Below are positions 18,303 to 27,870 of a DNA stretch of 32,000 nt, piece by piece; within the stretch, counting starts at the first letter, position 1, and each line of letters opens with the position of its first letter. Below the pieces are notes generated by a model. The model saw nothing but the letters and a program-made list of their open reading frames with translations, had not been told where the DNA came from and did no database searches. Made by a program: the position numbers and the translations under genes. The DNA comes from Desulfocapsa sulfexigens DSM 10523. GTDB lineage: Bacteria > Desulfobacterota > Desulfobulbia > Desulfobulbales > Desulfocapsaceae. The stretch spans positions 420,001 to 452,000 of the forward strand of contig NC_020304.1 in the NCBI RefSeq assembly GCF_000341395.1, given 5' to 3'.

Positions 18303-20474
18303 GTGAATACTCAAGAACTCAGCCAGGCACAGAAAAAAGAAACAAAACAACTGACCGAACTTCTTGCATTCATTTATCTCGCTCTCAAGAACATCCAGAT
18401 CTATCCGGCTGGACATTCACTTGTCAAAAACAGGCTTATAATTGCCCACCAGCATCTCAGCAGGCTCCTTGGCACCAGAAACACAATACTCTTTGGTGTT
18501 GCGAGAAATGTCATCACCTTTAATGAACGCCCCATTGGAGAGGACTCGCAGGCATGCTCTGCACTGGCTAAAATTCTGAGCAGCCATGAAATCGCCTCGT
18601 TCAGTTTCTCCCACGGCATCAGCAAGCATTCTCTCCTGCAGTTTCTTAAAACCGTGGGAGTACTGCCGGAACAGAATCAGTCGGGAAAAACTCTGGGGCA
18701 GGAACTCTCCACGCTCAACCTTTCCCATATCAATGTGGAGTTCATCAATTACAATTACCTGGATCGCAGCAGCAAAAAAGATTCCGGCACAGATACAGGC
18801 GAGCCGCTAACCTGGCTTTCTTTTACCCGGAAATTAACAAGTGGAGTCCTTGGCTATTCTGAAAACGATGAAGAAACCAATTCTGGCAACAGGAGTCCAT
18901 CCCCGGAAGCTCTGGCTGCCGCCATAAACAGACATGCTGCAAGACAACCGGAAATTATAATGCAGTTTGCCACCCTTCTCGACCAAACGTTGAAGGACCT
19001 CCCACAGGAGCAATCTTCTCCAGCATCCTTTGGTGGCCGGGAACTCGATCAGATTCTGGTATCACTCAACCCGAAGATTCGCGAACAATTCATCAATACA
19101 ACTCTTGAACGCTGTGATCAGAATATACGGAGCGGCACCCCCGAAAAGATACTGGAATCATTTTCTAACTCCGTTGTACTGGAAATGGTTCAACAAATAA
19201 ACAAGAAGAATGTCCGCGTCTCTCCTGCGTTAATTAACCTTGTCAGGAAAATTTCCACTATACGATCCACTCCAGGATCTACAACATCTGCAGCAACTGC
19301 CCGGCAAAAAAACGTCAGCAATCTCCTGAACCCGGAAAGCTACAATAAACATGTCGGTTCAGACTACCACGACACACTGCAGCATCTGGCAAAGTCTTCA
19401 CCATCACCGGATATTCTTCCGGAAGCTTTCCCCCTGGATCAACACCTGGAAAGCCTGAGCGAAGATCACTTAAACAGACAAATTGTCCGTGTGACACTTC
19501 TCCTGATGGAACAGACTGTAAATGAAAAAGAATATGAGGCACTCGCCGCAAGACTGATGGAAACATGTTTGGTGCTTCCCGACACAGGAACCTATGAGCT
19601 TCTGGTGACAACAGCCAAAACGCTACAGCAGCAGGCAACGGCAAAAGGAGAGCCCCTCATCAGAAAGACTGCCGGAAAATGCCTTGAGCAACTCACAGCA
19701 CTCGACTTTCTTGACTACATTTATTCAATTCTACCCGAGGCAACTGAGCAGGAAAGAGAAAATGCAATAGAGTTGTTCAAACTCTTCTGCCCCGGTATCA
19801 TTGACAAACTCCTCAAAATATTCTGTATGAAACCAATGATATCCGAGGAAGATCCGCTGGTCCCCATATTCAGGACCTTCAGACTGGATGCACTTAAACA
19901 GATTTTTACCCTGCTCCCCAAAACAACCACCAGCAACATGCGTAAACTCCTGACCCTTGTCGGCTATCTCGGTCTTCAGGGAACAGTCCGCCTCCTCCAC
20001 CCATTTCTGGATAATGAAGATCCGGATATCCGTATGCAGGTTCTCAACCTCCTCCTCCCCATAAATGACAACGAAGCAATCGCCACCCTTATTGCCATGC
20101 TGAAATCGGAAAACGAACACACTATAAATACGGCAATAGAGCTTTGCACTACCCACAATCCACCCGCCTGTGTCCCGAGTCTTCTGAATCTCCTTGAATA
20201 CCAGTTTGTCAAACAGGCAAGTATTGAAAGAAACCGAAAACTCTTCATGATACTCAGTCACATCGGTGATGCCAGGGCTTTGCCATGCCTGGAAAAAATT
20301 GCTTTCACAAAATGGCTCTTCCATAGAGAACAGATAACAAACATGAAACGAATCCTCTTTTATTCTTTGAAAGGCTATAAGAATAAGGATAGAATGGAAC
20401 TGGTGAAGAAGGGAATGCAAATAGACGATACTGAGATCCATAAAATATGTGAGGCACTTCTCCCTGTCCAATAG
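18303..20474 (+). CDS. HEAT-repeat-like protein with N-terminal domain shared with the next gene product
   Basis: 723 aa, GTG start. C-terminal alpha-helical repeats: 'LLTLVGYLGLQGTVRLLHPFLDNEDPDIRMQVLNLLLPINDNEAIATLIAMLKSENEHTINTAIELC' and 'LFMILSHIGDARALPCLEKIAF'. Confidence 0.8.
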   Translation: MNTQELSQAQKKETKQLTELLAFIYLALKNIQIYPAGHSLVKNRLIIAHQHLSRLLGTRNTILFGVARNVITFNERPIGEDSQACSALAKILSSHEIASFSFSHGISKHSLLQFLKTVGVLPEQNQSGKTLGQELSTLNLSHINVEFINYNYLDRSSKKDSGTDTGEPLTWLSFTRKLTSGVLGYSENDEETNSGNRSPSPEALAAAINRHAARQPEIIMQFATLLDQTLKDLPQEQSSPASFGGRELDQILVSLNPKIREQFINTTLERCDQNIRSGTPEKILESFSNSVVLEMVQQINKKNVRVSPALINLVRKISTIRSTPGSTTSAATARQKNVSNLLNPESYNKHVGSDYHDTLQHLAKSSPSPDILPEAFPLDQHLESLSEDHLNRQIVRVTLLLMEQTVNEKEYEALAARLMETCLVLPDTGTYELLVTTAKTLQQQATAKGEPLIRKTAGKCLEQLTALDFLDYIYSILPEATEQERENAIELFKLFCPGIIDKLLKIFCMKPMISEEDPLVPIFRTFRLDALKQIFTLLPKTTTSNMRKLLTLVGYLGLQGTVRLLHPFLDNEDPDIRMQVLNLLLPINDNEAIATLIAMLKSENEHTINTAIELCTTHNPPACVPSLLNLLEYQFVKQASIERNRKLFMILSHIGDARALPCLEKIAFTKWLFHREQITNMKRILFYSLKGYKNKDRMELVKKGMQIDDTEIHKICEALLPVQ

Positions 20475-20491
20475 AGCCTTCAGGAAGAGCC

Positions 20492-21703
20492 ATGATACCT
20501 CTTGGAATCAAGAAGCAAAACAGATCCCAGCAGCAGATCTTCAACACACTGTATCTGCTGAGGATAGTCATCAGCAACACCCGCCTCTACTCCCCCGATC
20601 ATCCAAAAACCATCGAAATGATCGCCGAGGCATACAGAAGCCTCAACAAGACCCTGCAGACCACCAGAGAACTCACTCTCCTGATTATTGACAATGATAT
20701 TATTATTAACGACAAAGCCATTCGTCCTGAAGAAGCTGATTATTTTGCTCTTTTTATCACAGTTCTCAAGCAGAAAGAGATCAGCCACATTGTTTTCAGA
20801 AAAGGAATTACCCTCAAGGAACTGAGCCGCTTTCTCTTCGATCTTGCATCCTCTGCAGGGAAAACCGTATACACCAGCCCTACTATCAGCTCGGGTAAAC
20901 TGGGACTGGTTGAAGATCACAGAAGTAGCTTATCACCAGGCGACCCGCTCTTAGCAACAAACAACCTGGCCAAGCCAGGGGATGAACCCCTGAATCTCAT
21001 CGCAAAATTAAAATCCCTCTCAAACGAACAGTTGGTTCTGGCCCAGGAACTCTACTTCTCCATCAGAAAAAAACAGGATTGCGACCTACGCGGAGTACAG
21101 GACAGCATATCTAACTTTGTGAAGCTTTTTTCAAGAAATCTCAATCCGCTTTCTTTGCTCACCACTCTGAAAACAAGCGATGAATATACGTTCACCCATG
21201 TAATCAATGTTTGTATTCTGACTTTGGCCCAGGCAGAATCGCTGGGATTTACCGATCAGCATCTGTATGACATAGGAATCACCGCCACCCTCTATGATAT
21301 TGGAAAGACCTTTGTCGCTGAAGAAATTCTGAATAAACCGGGGAATTTGGACATTGAGGAGCAGAAACTTGTAAAAGCACATGCAGTAAAAGGTGCAGGA
21401 TATTTACTCAACCTTAATGATGCCCCTAAACTGGCTGTACTGGCTGCCCTTGAGCACCATATCCGTTTTGATGGTGGCGGCTATCCTGCTATCGGCAAAA
21501 CCTGGACCCCGAATATTGTAAGCCAAATGATCGCAATTGCTGACACCTATGATGCCATGCGATGTAGCAGACCCTACCGTAAAGCAAGCTCAGAAAAACT
21601 CATCCGTAACCTTCTGGTGAAAGAAAAAGGATTGAGCTTCCATCCTTTCCTCGTTGATAATTTTATCTCCATTATCTCGAAAAATCAGGTCCTTCCAAAA
21701 TAA
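20492..21703 (+). CDS. HD-GYP-type domain protein with a degenerate HD dyad
   Basis: 403 aa; 'TFTHVINVCILTLAQAESLG', 'LYDIGKTFVAEEILNKPGNLDIEEQKLVKAHAVKGAGYLL', 'LEHHIRFDGGGYPAIG', 'IVSQMIAIADTYDAM'. Confidence 0.88.
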   Translation: MIPLGIKKQNRSQQQIFNTLYLLRIVISNTRLYSPDHPKTIEMIAEAYRSLNKTLQTTRELTLLIIDNDIIINDKAIRPEEADYFALFITVLKQKEISHIVFRKGITLKELSRFLFDLASSAGKTVYTSPTISSGKLGLVEDHRSSLSPGDPLLATNNLAKPGDEPLNLIAKLKSLSNEQLVLAQELYFSIRKKQDCDLRGVQDSISNFVKLFSRNLNPLSLLTTLKTSDEYTFTHVINVCILTLAQAESLGFTDQHLYDIGITATLYDIGKTFVAEEILNKPGNLDIEEQKLVKAHAVKGAGYLLNLNDAPKLAVLAALEHHIRFDGGGYPAIGKTWTPNIVSQMIAIADTYDAMRCSRPYRKASSEKLIRNLLVKEKGLSFHPFLVDNFISIISKNQVLPK

Positions 21704-21793
21704 GTTACGAAAGAGTTAGTTGATAAAATCTCGCCTGCAAACACTCTCTCTTTCTGTTCACCGAAGAGTACATTTAGCAAACAGAAATTTTGT

Positions 21794-22843
21794 TTATTTT
21801 TTTTCTTTTTTCGATCGCTGATACTTCTTCACCGCCCGGTTATGTTCTCGAAGATTTTTTGAAAAGATATGACTGCCTTCATTGTTTGAAACGAAATAGA
21901 AGAAATTACTCTCGGTGGGATGCAAAACAGCATTCAGGGCTTCTTTACCCGGATTACAGATGGGGCCAATTGGCAAGCGTTTCAGAGTATAGGTGTTGTA
22001 TGGAGAGGGGGTCTGCAGATCTTTGCGACTAAGTGTACCTGAAAAATCTTTAATCCCGTATATAACGGTAGGATCCGACTGCATACGCATGCTTTTTTTC
22101 AGCCGATTAAAGAAGACACCTGCAATAAGAGGACGTTCCGAGGCCTTGGCTGCCTCTTTTTCCACCATGGAAGCCAGAATAAGAACTTCATAGGGAGAAA
22201 GTTCCAGGGGAGCAGTTGTCTTGATATCATTCCAGACAGTAAAGAAATGACGAACCTGCATGCGGAGAAGGTCTTCTGCTGTCTGCTCTTTTCTGGTGAG
22301 GTAGTAGGTATCCGGGAAAAGATATCCTTCTAGACTTTTGTGCGGCTCAAGTCCCAAACTCTTTATAAAATCGGAGTCATTTGCCAGGCGAATAAATTCC
22401 TCCGCGTCACACCAGCCTCCACCTGCAAAGGCAGCTGCGGTCTCGGCAATGGTCAAGCCCTCCGGAATCGTAACGACATGTTGAATGGGTTTTGCTGAAG
22501 CGAGCTCCCTTAGTAACTCCGAGGGAGTCTGACCACGGTGCAGTGCAAATTCACCAGCCTGGAGTCTCGCTGCAATCCCGAGATAACGGGCAAGTACAGG
22601 AAAACGGACATCATTCTGGACAAGACCTGCCTGCGCCAGAATCCGATTTATTTCCACTACGGAGGATCCGGGAGGGACAACAACAACCTCCGTTTCGCTT
22701 TGGTCTCCTGGCGCAGCCTGATTTGCAAAATAGAGAAACCAGCCTCCAATCCCCCCCAGAACTGCAAAAAGAAAAAGGATCGCCACAAGAGCGATCCTTT
22801 TTCCTGTAAAACGGCCACAGGACCTCTGGTCATTGCTTTCCAT
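21794..22843 (-). CDS. mltG: Endolytic murein transglycosylase MltG (YceG-like)
   Basis: N-terminal TM, 'VTIPEGLTIAETAAAFA', 'SLEGYLFPDTYYL', 'LASMVEKEAAKASERPLIAGVFFNRLKKSMRMQSDPTVIYGI', 'TYTLKRLPIGPICNPGKEALNAVLHPTESNFFYFVSN'. Confidence 0.95.
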   Translation of the reverse strand: MESNDQRSCGRFTGKRIALVAILFLFAVLGGIGGWFLYFANQAAPGDQSETEVVVVPPGSSVVEINRILAQAGLVQNDVRFPVLARYLGIAARLQAGEFALHRGQTPSELLRELASAKPIQHVVTIPEGLTIAETAAAFAGGGWCDAEEFIRLANDSDFIKSLGLEPHKSLEGYLFPDTYYLTRKEQTAEDLLRMQVRHFFTVWNDIKTTAPLELSPYEVLILASMVEKEAAKASERPLIAGVFFNRLKKSMRMQSDPTVIYGIKDFSGTLSRKDLQTPSPYNTYTLKRLPIGPICNPGKEALNAVLHPTESNFFYFVSNNEGSHIFSKNLREHNRAVKKYQRSKKEKK

Positions 22844-22850
22844 CGTCCTA

Positions 22851-25256
22851 CTACGGTTTTTTTATTTCCTTCTTCTTTACTGTCCTGTTAAAAGCGATTT
22901 CCACAACCTCGTCCATATTTTTGACTGGGTAGAATGTCATGGTTTTACGAATTTCAGCTGGAATCTCAGCCAGGTCCTTCTCGTTCTGTGCAGGTATTAT
23001 AACCTTGTTAAGACCTGCCCTGACGGCAGCCAGAGCTTTTTCCTTTAACCCGCCAATGGGTAAGACACGTCCACGAAGAGTAACTTCTCCGGTCATAGCG
23101 AGCTTCCTGAGCACCTTCTTTCCGGTAACAGCAGAATAGATGGCCGTGGCCATGGTAATGCCCGCCGAAGGTCCGTCTTTGGGAATAGCCCCCGCCGGGA
23201 CATGCACGTGAATATCGTGTTTTTCAAAATAATCTTCTTCGATTCCAAGATCATCACAACGACTTCTGCAATAGGTCAAGGCAGCCTGTACCGACTCTTT
23301 CATCACATCACCAAGCTGCCCGGTGAGAATCATCTTGCCCTTCCCTGGCATGAGATTGACCTCGATCGTCAGGATCTCACCACCTACTTCTGTCCAGGCA
23401 AGACCGGTAACAAGCCCCGGCTGACGCAAAGCTTCAAGCTCAGACTCTGGAATAATTTTTGGAGGCCCGAGATACCGATCCAGAGTGTTACGACTGATAG
23501 CATATGGCCCCTTACCACCCTCAGCAATCTTTCGGGCCACCTTCCGGCAGATTTTACCGATTTCCCGTTCAAGATTTCGCAGCCCCGCCTCATGGGTGTA
23601 GTGACTGATGATATACTCAATAGCCGTATCGGCAAAACGCAGATGCCGGGGCTGAATACCATTTTCGGTAATCTGACGAGGCAGCAGATACTTTCTTGCA
23701 ATAACCGCCTTTTCTTCAAGCGTATAGCCGGAGAGGCGAATAATTTCCATCCTGTCGAGCAGTGGCCCGGGGATGGTATCAGATCTGTTTGCCGTGGTAA
23801 TAAACATAACCTTGGAGAGATCGAAGGGCATATTCATGTAGTGATCTGAAAACTCAAAATTCTGTTCCGGGTCAAGTACTTCCAGAAGAGCAGAGGAAGG
23901 ATCGCCCCTATAATCAGATCCGATCTTGTCAATCTCATCCATCATGAAGACAGGGTTATTGGAGTTTACTGTTTTTAATCCCTGTAAAATCCGGCCGGGC
24001 ATCGCACCTATATAAGTACGGCGATGACCGCGAATCTCGGCTTCATCACGCATGCCTCCCAAAGAGAGACGATAAAACTTGCGTCCCATGGCTCTGGCAA
24101 CAGATTTTCCAAGCGATGTTTTCCCCACACCGGGAGGACCGACAAAACAGAGAATTGGTCCCTTGGTTTCGGTGTTGAGTTTTCGTACCGCAAGATATTC
24201 GAGAATCCGCTCCTTAATCTTTTCGAGACCGAAATGATCATCGTCGAGCACCTCTTTGGCAGCCTTGAGATCAAGCCTGTCTTTAGTCCCCTTTTTCCAG
24301 GGAACATCAAGAATCCAATCAATATAGGTACGAATAATTGTTGCTTCAGAAGAATCGGGATGCATCATCTCCATGCGGCTGACCTGTTTTTTGGCCTCCT
24401 TACGCACGGGTTTCGGCATTTTGGTTTTTTTGATCTTACGCAGCAGATCATCAATCTCCTGGCCACGTTCATCTCCATCACCAAGTTCTTTCTGCAGAGC
24501 GTGAAGTTGCTCCCGCAGATAATACTCGCGTTGGGATTTGCTCATCTCCTCCTTGGCATCGGACTGGATCTTTGCCTGTACCGTCGAAACCTCAAGTTCC
24601 TTGGCAAGCAGATCATTCACAAGCTTTAAACGTTTAATAGGGTCAGCTTCTTCAAGGATGGCTTGAGATTCAGTTATTTTCAGACGCAGATTTGAACCGA
24701 CAAGGTCAGCCAAACGCCCCGGCTCCTCGATGTTATTAATGATCATCATCAGGTCGGCGGAAAGAATCCCACGGAGTGACATGATCTTTTCCGTCTGTTC
24801 ACGTACGGTACGCATCAGCGCTTCAGTGGCCACATCCGTCTCTCCAATCTCAGCTTCGACGATTGGTTTGATCTTCACGAGACAGTAGGGCTCGGTCTTT
24901 ACATATTTTTTAACTTTTGCCTTGGAAACAGCCTGAACAAGAACTTTTAATCTGCCATCCGGAAGCTTCAGGGTGCGCATGACCATGCAGACCATTCCTA
25001 CGGTGTAGAGATCCTCTGGTTCGGGGTTGTCACGAGTCGCATCTTTCTGAGTGAGCAGCATAAGCAGCTTATCACCAGCAAGAGCTGCGTTGACAGCCTC
25101 AACGGAACTTGGACGCCCTACAAAGAGGGGGATGATCATATAATTAAAAACAACAACATCCCGAACAGCCATCATCGGCAATTCGTCAGGAATAACCATA
25201 TCCTCATGGTCAGTAAAATCATCCATACCTATGGATAAAGAATCGTTAAAATCCAC
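22851..25256 (-). CDS. lon: ATP-dependent endopeptidase La (Lon protease)
   Basis: 801 aa; Walker A '[32 protein letters not shown]', 'DEIDKIG', '[33 protein letters not shown]' (catalytic Ser), '[14 protein letters not shown]' (catalytic Lys). Confidence 0.98.
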   Translation of the reverse strand: MDFNDSLSIGMDDFTDHEDMVIPDELPMMAVRDVVVFNYMIIPLFVGRPSSVEAVNAALAGDKLLMLLTQKDATRDNPEPEDLYTVGMVCMVMRTLKLPDGRLKVLVQAVSKAKVKKYVKTEPYCLVKIKPIVEAEIGETDVATEALMRTVREQTEKIMSLRGILSADLMMIINNIEEPGRLADLVGSNLRLKITESQAILEEADPIKRLKLVNDLLAKELEVSTVQAKIQSDAKEEMSKSQREYYLREQLHALQKELGDGDERGQEIDDLLRKIKKTKMPKPVRKEAKKQVSRMEMMHPDSSEATIIRTYIDWILDVPWKKGTKDRLDLKAAKEVLDDDHFGLEKIKERILEYLAVRKLNTETKGPILCFVGPPGVGKTSLGKSVARAMGRKFYRLSLGGMRDEAEIRGHRRTYIGAMPGRILQGLKTVNSNNPVFMMDEIDKIGSDYRGDPSSALLEVLDPEQNFEFSDHYMNMPFDLSKVMFITTANRSDTIPGPLLDRMEIIRLSGYTLEEKAVIARKYLLPRQITENGIQPRHLRFADTAIEYIISHYTHEAGLRNLEREIGKICRKVARKIAEGGKGPYAISRNTLDRYLGPPKIIPESELEALRQPGLVTGLAWTEVGGEILTIEVNLMPGKGKMILTGQLGDVMKESVQAALTYCRSRCDDLGIEEDYFEKHDIHVHVPAGAIPKDGPSAGITMATAIYSAVTGKKVLRKLAMTGEVTLRGRVLPIGGLKEKALAAVRAGLNKVIIPAQNEKDLAEIPAEIRKTMTFYPVKNMDEVVEIAFNRTVKKKEIKKP

Positions 25257-25470
25257 AAAAACCTCCTCTATTCAAAAACAGAAAAAAACCTGCAGCAATC
25301 GTAATTTGTCACAGAAACGTAAACACGGTCTATATTGAAGTCAAGCCAGCAATCACTCCCATATCTTCTTCCTTCATTTTTTCTTGTATATTTTACTCTT
25401 TTCCTCCATACTGCCACTCCCATCTACATCCAATTATATATGCCAGAGCATTTTTCACCGAGAGAAAAGA

Positions 25471-26271
25471 ATGTTATCGACAAAATCCTTTTTTGACCTT
25501 TGCGAATTCCCCCATACTGCTCTTTTTGATAATGACAAACCAGTATGGGAGGCACTGAACAGCTTAAAGAAATATATGGATGAACATCAGTACCCCGAAC
25601 TCGATGCCAAACTCATTCCGGATGGCATCCCTCTTCCCTTTCCCGTTATTTGTCACGAGGGACACTGCTTCCCTACTGACGGGTTTACAGTCGAGTACGG
25701 GGACACCACCAGGGGCAAGCTCAGGGTTACCAAAGGTGATGAAGAACTGACAGGTGCAGCACTAATTATGGCAGGTGCTATTCTTATTGGCGGTAAAATT
25801 GATATTGCCAAGGGGGTTCTTATTGAAGGAGGAGCCCTGATCAAATCACCGGCCATCATAGGTGACTGCACAGAAGTACGCCAGGGAGCATATCTTCGCG
25901 GCTACTGCCTTACCGGGAAAAGATCTGTTGTGGGTCATACCACTGAAGTAAAACATACGATTTTCCTCAATGATGCCAAAGCCGGTCATTTTGCCTACCT
26001 TGGAGACTCTATTCTCGGCCGGAACGCTAATCTTGGTGCTGGAACAAAATTTGCCAACCTCAAATTTCTGGGTGGCAATGTCTCTATCCGTACGGAAAAT
26101 GGATTAGTGGACACCGGACGACGTAAATTTGGTGCCATCTTGGGCGATGAGGCCCAAACTGGCTGTAACTCGGTCACCAATCCAGGCACTATAATCGGAA
26201 AGGGAGGAATCCTTATGCCCAACACCACAGCCCCTTCCGGATACCATTCCCCCCGAACTATTATTCGCTGA
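25471..26271 (+). CDS. Left-handed beta-helix (GlmU/acyltransferase-like) UDP-N-acetylglucosamine pyrophosphorylase-related protein
   Basis: Hexapeptide-like run 'LIMAGAILIGGKIDIAKGVLIEGGALIKSPAIIGDCTEVRQGAYLRGYCLTGKRSVVGHTTEVKHTIFLNDAKAGHFAYLGDSILGRNANLGAGTKFANLKF'. The ATG at 25471 gives 'MLSTKSFFDLCEF'. Confidence 0.8.
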   Translation: MLSTKSFFDLCEFPHTALFDNDKPVWEALNSLKKYMDEHQYPELDAKLIPDGIPLPFPVICHEGHCFPTDGFTVEYGDTTRGKLRVTKGDEELTGAALIMAGAILIGGKIDIAKGVLIEGGALIKSPAIIGDCTEVRQGAYLRGYCLTGKRSVVGHTTEVKHTIFLNDAKAGHFAYLGDSILGRNANLGAGTKFANLKFLGGNVSIRTENGLVDTGRRKFGAILGDEAQTGCNSVTNPGTIIGKGGILMPNTTAPSGYHSPRTIIR

Positions 26272-26414
26272 TCCTTGAGGCCACCAAGAAAAAACTTATT
26301 TTTATTCACTTCACTGTTTTTCCCTTGATTTTGTGCATATTACCATTATAGTTTTTTTGTGCATAGGCACGCAACGGATCTGTTTTTCGGATTTTAAAAT
26401 CTCAGGAGGCATCA

Positions 26415-26903
26415 ATGAAAATTGCAATCACCGCAACAGGAAACACCTTAGATTCCATGGTTGACCCTCGCTTTGGCAGAGCTGCATGGTTCCTTATTAT
26501 AGATACTGAAACAAAAGAGCTACTTCAGGCAATCAATAATATAGCAGGAAAAGAAGCTGCCCATGGCGCTGGAATCAGTGCAGCAGCACAGGTTGCAGAC
26601 ATCGGAGTGGAAGCCCTGCTCACCGGAAGAGTTGGTCCCAAGGCCCTGCCCGTTCTTGAAAAAGCAGGTGTTAAAGCAGTAAATGATGTCAGCGGTAGCG
26701 TACGCGATGCCATGGCAAAATATTCCGGAACGACGGGATCACCCCCTAAAACTGAAGAGCCATCACAGCCATCTCCATCTCCTACCCAGGGGCAGGGCCA
26801 AGGCCAGGGAAGAGGAGAGGGCTGCGGCTGTGGCAGAGGACAGGGGCAAGGCAGGGGGATGGGACAAGGCAAAGGTCAGGGACGCGGACAGTGTCGTCGA
26901 TAA
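26415..26903 (+). CDS. NifB/NifX dinitrogenase iron-molybdenum cofactor family protein with Gly/Gln/Arg-rich, Cys-containing C-terminal tail
   Basis: 'MKIAITATGNTLDSMVDPRFGRAAWFLIIDTETKE...ITGRVGPKAL'-type fold (here 'LLTGRVGPKALPVLEKAGVKAV'), with tail 'GQGQGQGRGEGCGCGRGQGQGRGMGQGKGQGRGQCRR'. Confidence 0.87.
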   Translation: MKIAITATGNTLDSMVDPRFGRAAWFLIIDTETKELLQAINNIAGKEAAHGAGISAAAQVADIGVEALLTGRVGPKALPVLEKAGVKAVNDVSGSVRDAMAKYSGTTGSPPKTEEPSQPSPSPTQGQGQGQGRGEGCGCGRGQGQGRGMGQGKGQGRGQCRR

Positions 26904-27030
26904 GCCGCTGTAAAAAAATAACATAGCCAATAAATCAACCGAATCGGCATAAGGAGCCGTAACGAAATCAATATAAATGGCCAGGTTATTTCGTAACGGT
27001 TCCTAAGCAGACAGCAAGGAGAGTAGCAGT

Positions 27031-27870
27031 ATGCAAATAGCAGTCGGCAGCGGGAAAGGTGGAACCGGAAAGACCACTATCTCAACCAGCCTGGCTCTCA
27101 GTGCAGGCACAGATGTTCAGTACCTGGACTGTGATGTGGAAGAGCCAAACGGACATATCTTTCTCAAACCGAAACTCACTCACAGAGAAACTGTTGTCGT
27201 CACTGTTCCCCGGCTGGACGAGTCACGATGCACAGCCTGTGGAAAATGCCGGGACATTTGTGCATTCAATGCAATTGCTCAGTTTGGCAAAACGGTAATG
27301 ATATTTCCAGAGATGTGCCATTCCTGCCTTGGCTGTTTCAGGGTATGTGAGGAGGATGCACTCATCGAAGACACACGGGAAATTGGTATTCTCGAATCTG
27401 GAATGGCTGGTGATATTCATTTCGTTCATGGCCGTGTCCGGATCGGTGAGGCGATGGGCGTCCCGCTCTTAAAAGCCGTCAAACACAAGGCCGAACAAGA
27501 CAGGCTGACCATCATCGATGCTCCCCCGGGGACATCATGCCCTTTTGTGGAAAGTGTCAATGATGCCGACTATGTGATCTTGGTAACCGAGCCCACACCC
27601 TTTGGCCTTCATGACCTGAAACTTGCTGCCACGGTTCTCAAGAACTTCAAGATTCCCAGTGGTGTAATTATTAATCGATCCGATCTCGGTGACGACAGGG
27701 TACAGCGCTATTGTGATTCTGAGAACATTCCTGTTCTCCTTGAGATTCCATTCCAGCGTGCCATTGCAGAAGGCTATGCACGGGGTATAAATCTTGTGGA
27801 CACTGTACCTGAGCTACGCACTGTTTTCAGTGACCTTCTAACTCGGATTGCCTTTGAGGTAGCCCAATAA
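27031..27870 (+). CDS. MinD-superfamily P-loop ATPase with inserted ferredoxin domain (copy 1)
   Basis: 'GSGKGGTGKTTISTSLAL', inserted 'CTACGKCRDICAFNAI' and 'CHSCLGCFRVCEEDAL', 'IIDAPPGTSCPFVESV', 'VTEPTPFGLHDLKLA'. Confidence 0.93.
   Translation: MQIAVGSGKGGTGKTTISTSLALSAGTDVQYLDCDVEEPNGHIFLKPKLTHRETVVVTVPRLDESRCTACGKCRDICAFNAIAQFGKTVMIFPEMCHSCLGCFRVCEEDALIEDTREIGILESGMAGDIHFVHGRVRIGEAMGVPLLKAVKHKAEQDRLTIIDAPPGTSCPFVESVNDADYVILVTEPTPFGLHDLKLAATVLKNFKIPSGVIINRSDLGDDRVQRYCDSENIPVLLEIPFQRAIAEGYARGINLVDTVPELRTVFSDLLTRIAFEVAQ

Noticed and set aside
19731-20471. 246-aa minus-strand ORF
   Set aside because: Long but entirely antisense to the HEAT-like gene, with no recognisable domain. The plus-strand reading has regular helical repeats and operon context.
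20480-20920. 146-aa minus-strand ORF
   Set aside because: Antisense to the start of the HD-GYP gene; likely a shadow ORF.
24024-24629. 201-aa plus-strand ORF
   Set aside because: Antisense to lon, which has unambiguous family motifs through this interval; no recognisable domain in the plus-strand translation.
26785-26895. Possible tandem DNA repeat or CRISPR-like array
   Set aside because: Short irregular 'caaggccaggg/caggggca' units lie in frame within a CDS and are explained by a Gly/Gln/Arg low-complexity tail; no regular spacers.
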